From a virus (lineage: Duplodnaviria > Heunggongvirae > Uroviricota > Caudoviricetes): 8,164 nt of DNA. Location of the stretch: IMG/VR virus record IMGVR_UViG_2609459850_000003; one strand, 5' to 3'. Below, in pieces: positions 7,749 to 8,164 of this stretch (positions are counted from its first letter, which is position 1; every line of letters starts with the position of its first letter). Both the position numbers and the translations under genes were made by a program. The notes beneath the pieces were generated by a model that worked only from the letters and a program-made list of their open reading frames with translations, was not told where the DNA came from and did not search any database.

Positions 7749-7830
7749 CAGAATCCTTCCGGATAATTAGCTCTCCCCTTTAAGGGACCATCCCTCTTAT
7801 CCCTGCGCGCTACTTAAGTATTTTTGATTC

Positions 7831-8164
7831 GGTAATGACTCCAACTTACTGATAGTGTTTTATGTTCAGATAATGCCCGATGACTTTGTCATGCAGCTCC
7901 ACCGATTTTGAGAACGACAGCGACTTCCGTCCCAGCCGTGCCAGGTGCTGCCTCAGATTCAGGTTATGCCGCTCAATTCGCTGCGTATATCGCTTGCTGA
8001 TTACGTGCAGCTTTCCCTTCAGGCGGGATTCATACAGCGGCCAGCCATCCGTCATCCATATCACCACGTCAAAGGGTGACAGCAGGCTCATAAGACGCCC
8101 CAGCGTCGCCATAGTGCGTTCACCGAATACGTGCGCAACAACCGTCTTCCGGAGCCTGTCATAC
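7831..8164 (-). mobile_element. IS1 insertion sequence, terminal 334 bp (continues beyond window end)
   Basis: Terminal inverted repeat ggtaatgactccaacttactgatagtg begins at 7831. The following sequence encodes the InsB C-terminus on the minus strand and matches IS1 as recalled nearly base for base. Confidence 0.9.
7846..8164 (-). CDS. insB: IS1 transposase InsB, C-terminal part (5' end outside window)
   Basis: Translation ...[88 protein letters not shown] is the canonical InsB C-terminus. TAA stop at 7846-7848 sits just inside the IS1 terminal repeat. The frame stays open to the window edge. Confidence 0.9.
   Translation of the reverse strand, partial: YDRLRKTVVAHVFGERTMATLGRLMSLLSPFDVVIWMTDGWPLYESRLKGKLHVISKRYTQRIERHNLNLRQHLARLGRKSLSFSKSVELHDKVIGHYLNIKHYQ

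Overview
The window is a fragment of a lambdoid (Qin/DLP12-like) prophage late region, encoded almost entirely on the minus strand and bounded by two insertion sequences: the 3' end of an IS5-family element (1-362) and the end of an IS1 element (7831-8164). Reading the minus strand from high to low coordinates: two small phage ORFs (83 and 92 aa), a YdfU-like 349-aa protein, the Q antiterminator, a tR'-like intrinsic terminator, a three-gene AT-rich cargo block, an S21-type pinholin, an unknown 183-aa ORF, a T4-lysozyme-family endolysin and an Rz/Rz1 spanin pair. The cargo block is the most interesting part: a Blc-like lipoprotein lipocalin on the plus strand, a DUF523(TudS-like)-DUF1722 fusion protein and an AppY/EnvY-like AraC-family regulator. 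It sits between Q and the holin, the slot that holds stx in Shiga-toxin phages and cspB/cspF in K-12 Qin. The unknown 183-aa ORF wedged between holin and endolysin, and a possible antisense small ORF next to it, are the other candidates for undescribed function. All identifications come from reading the translations and from recalled family signatures; no database search or computation was run, and no rRNA, tRNA or CRISPR array was found.
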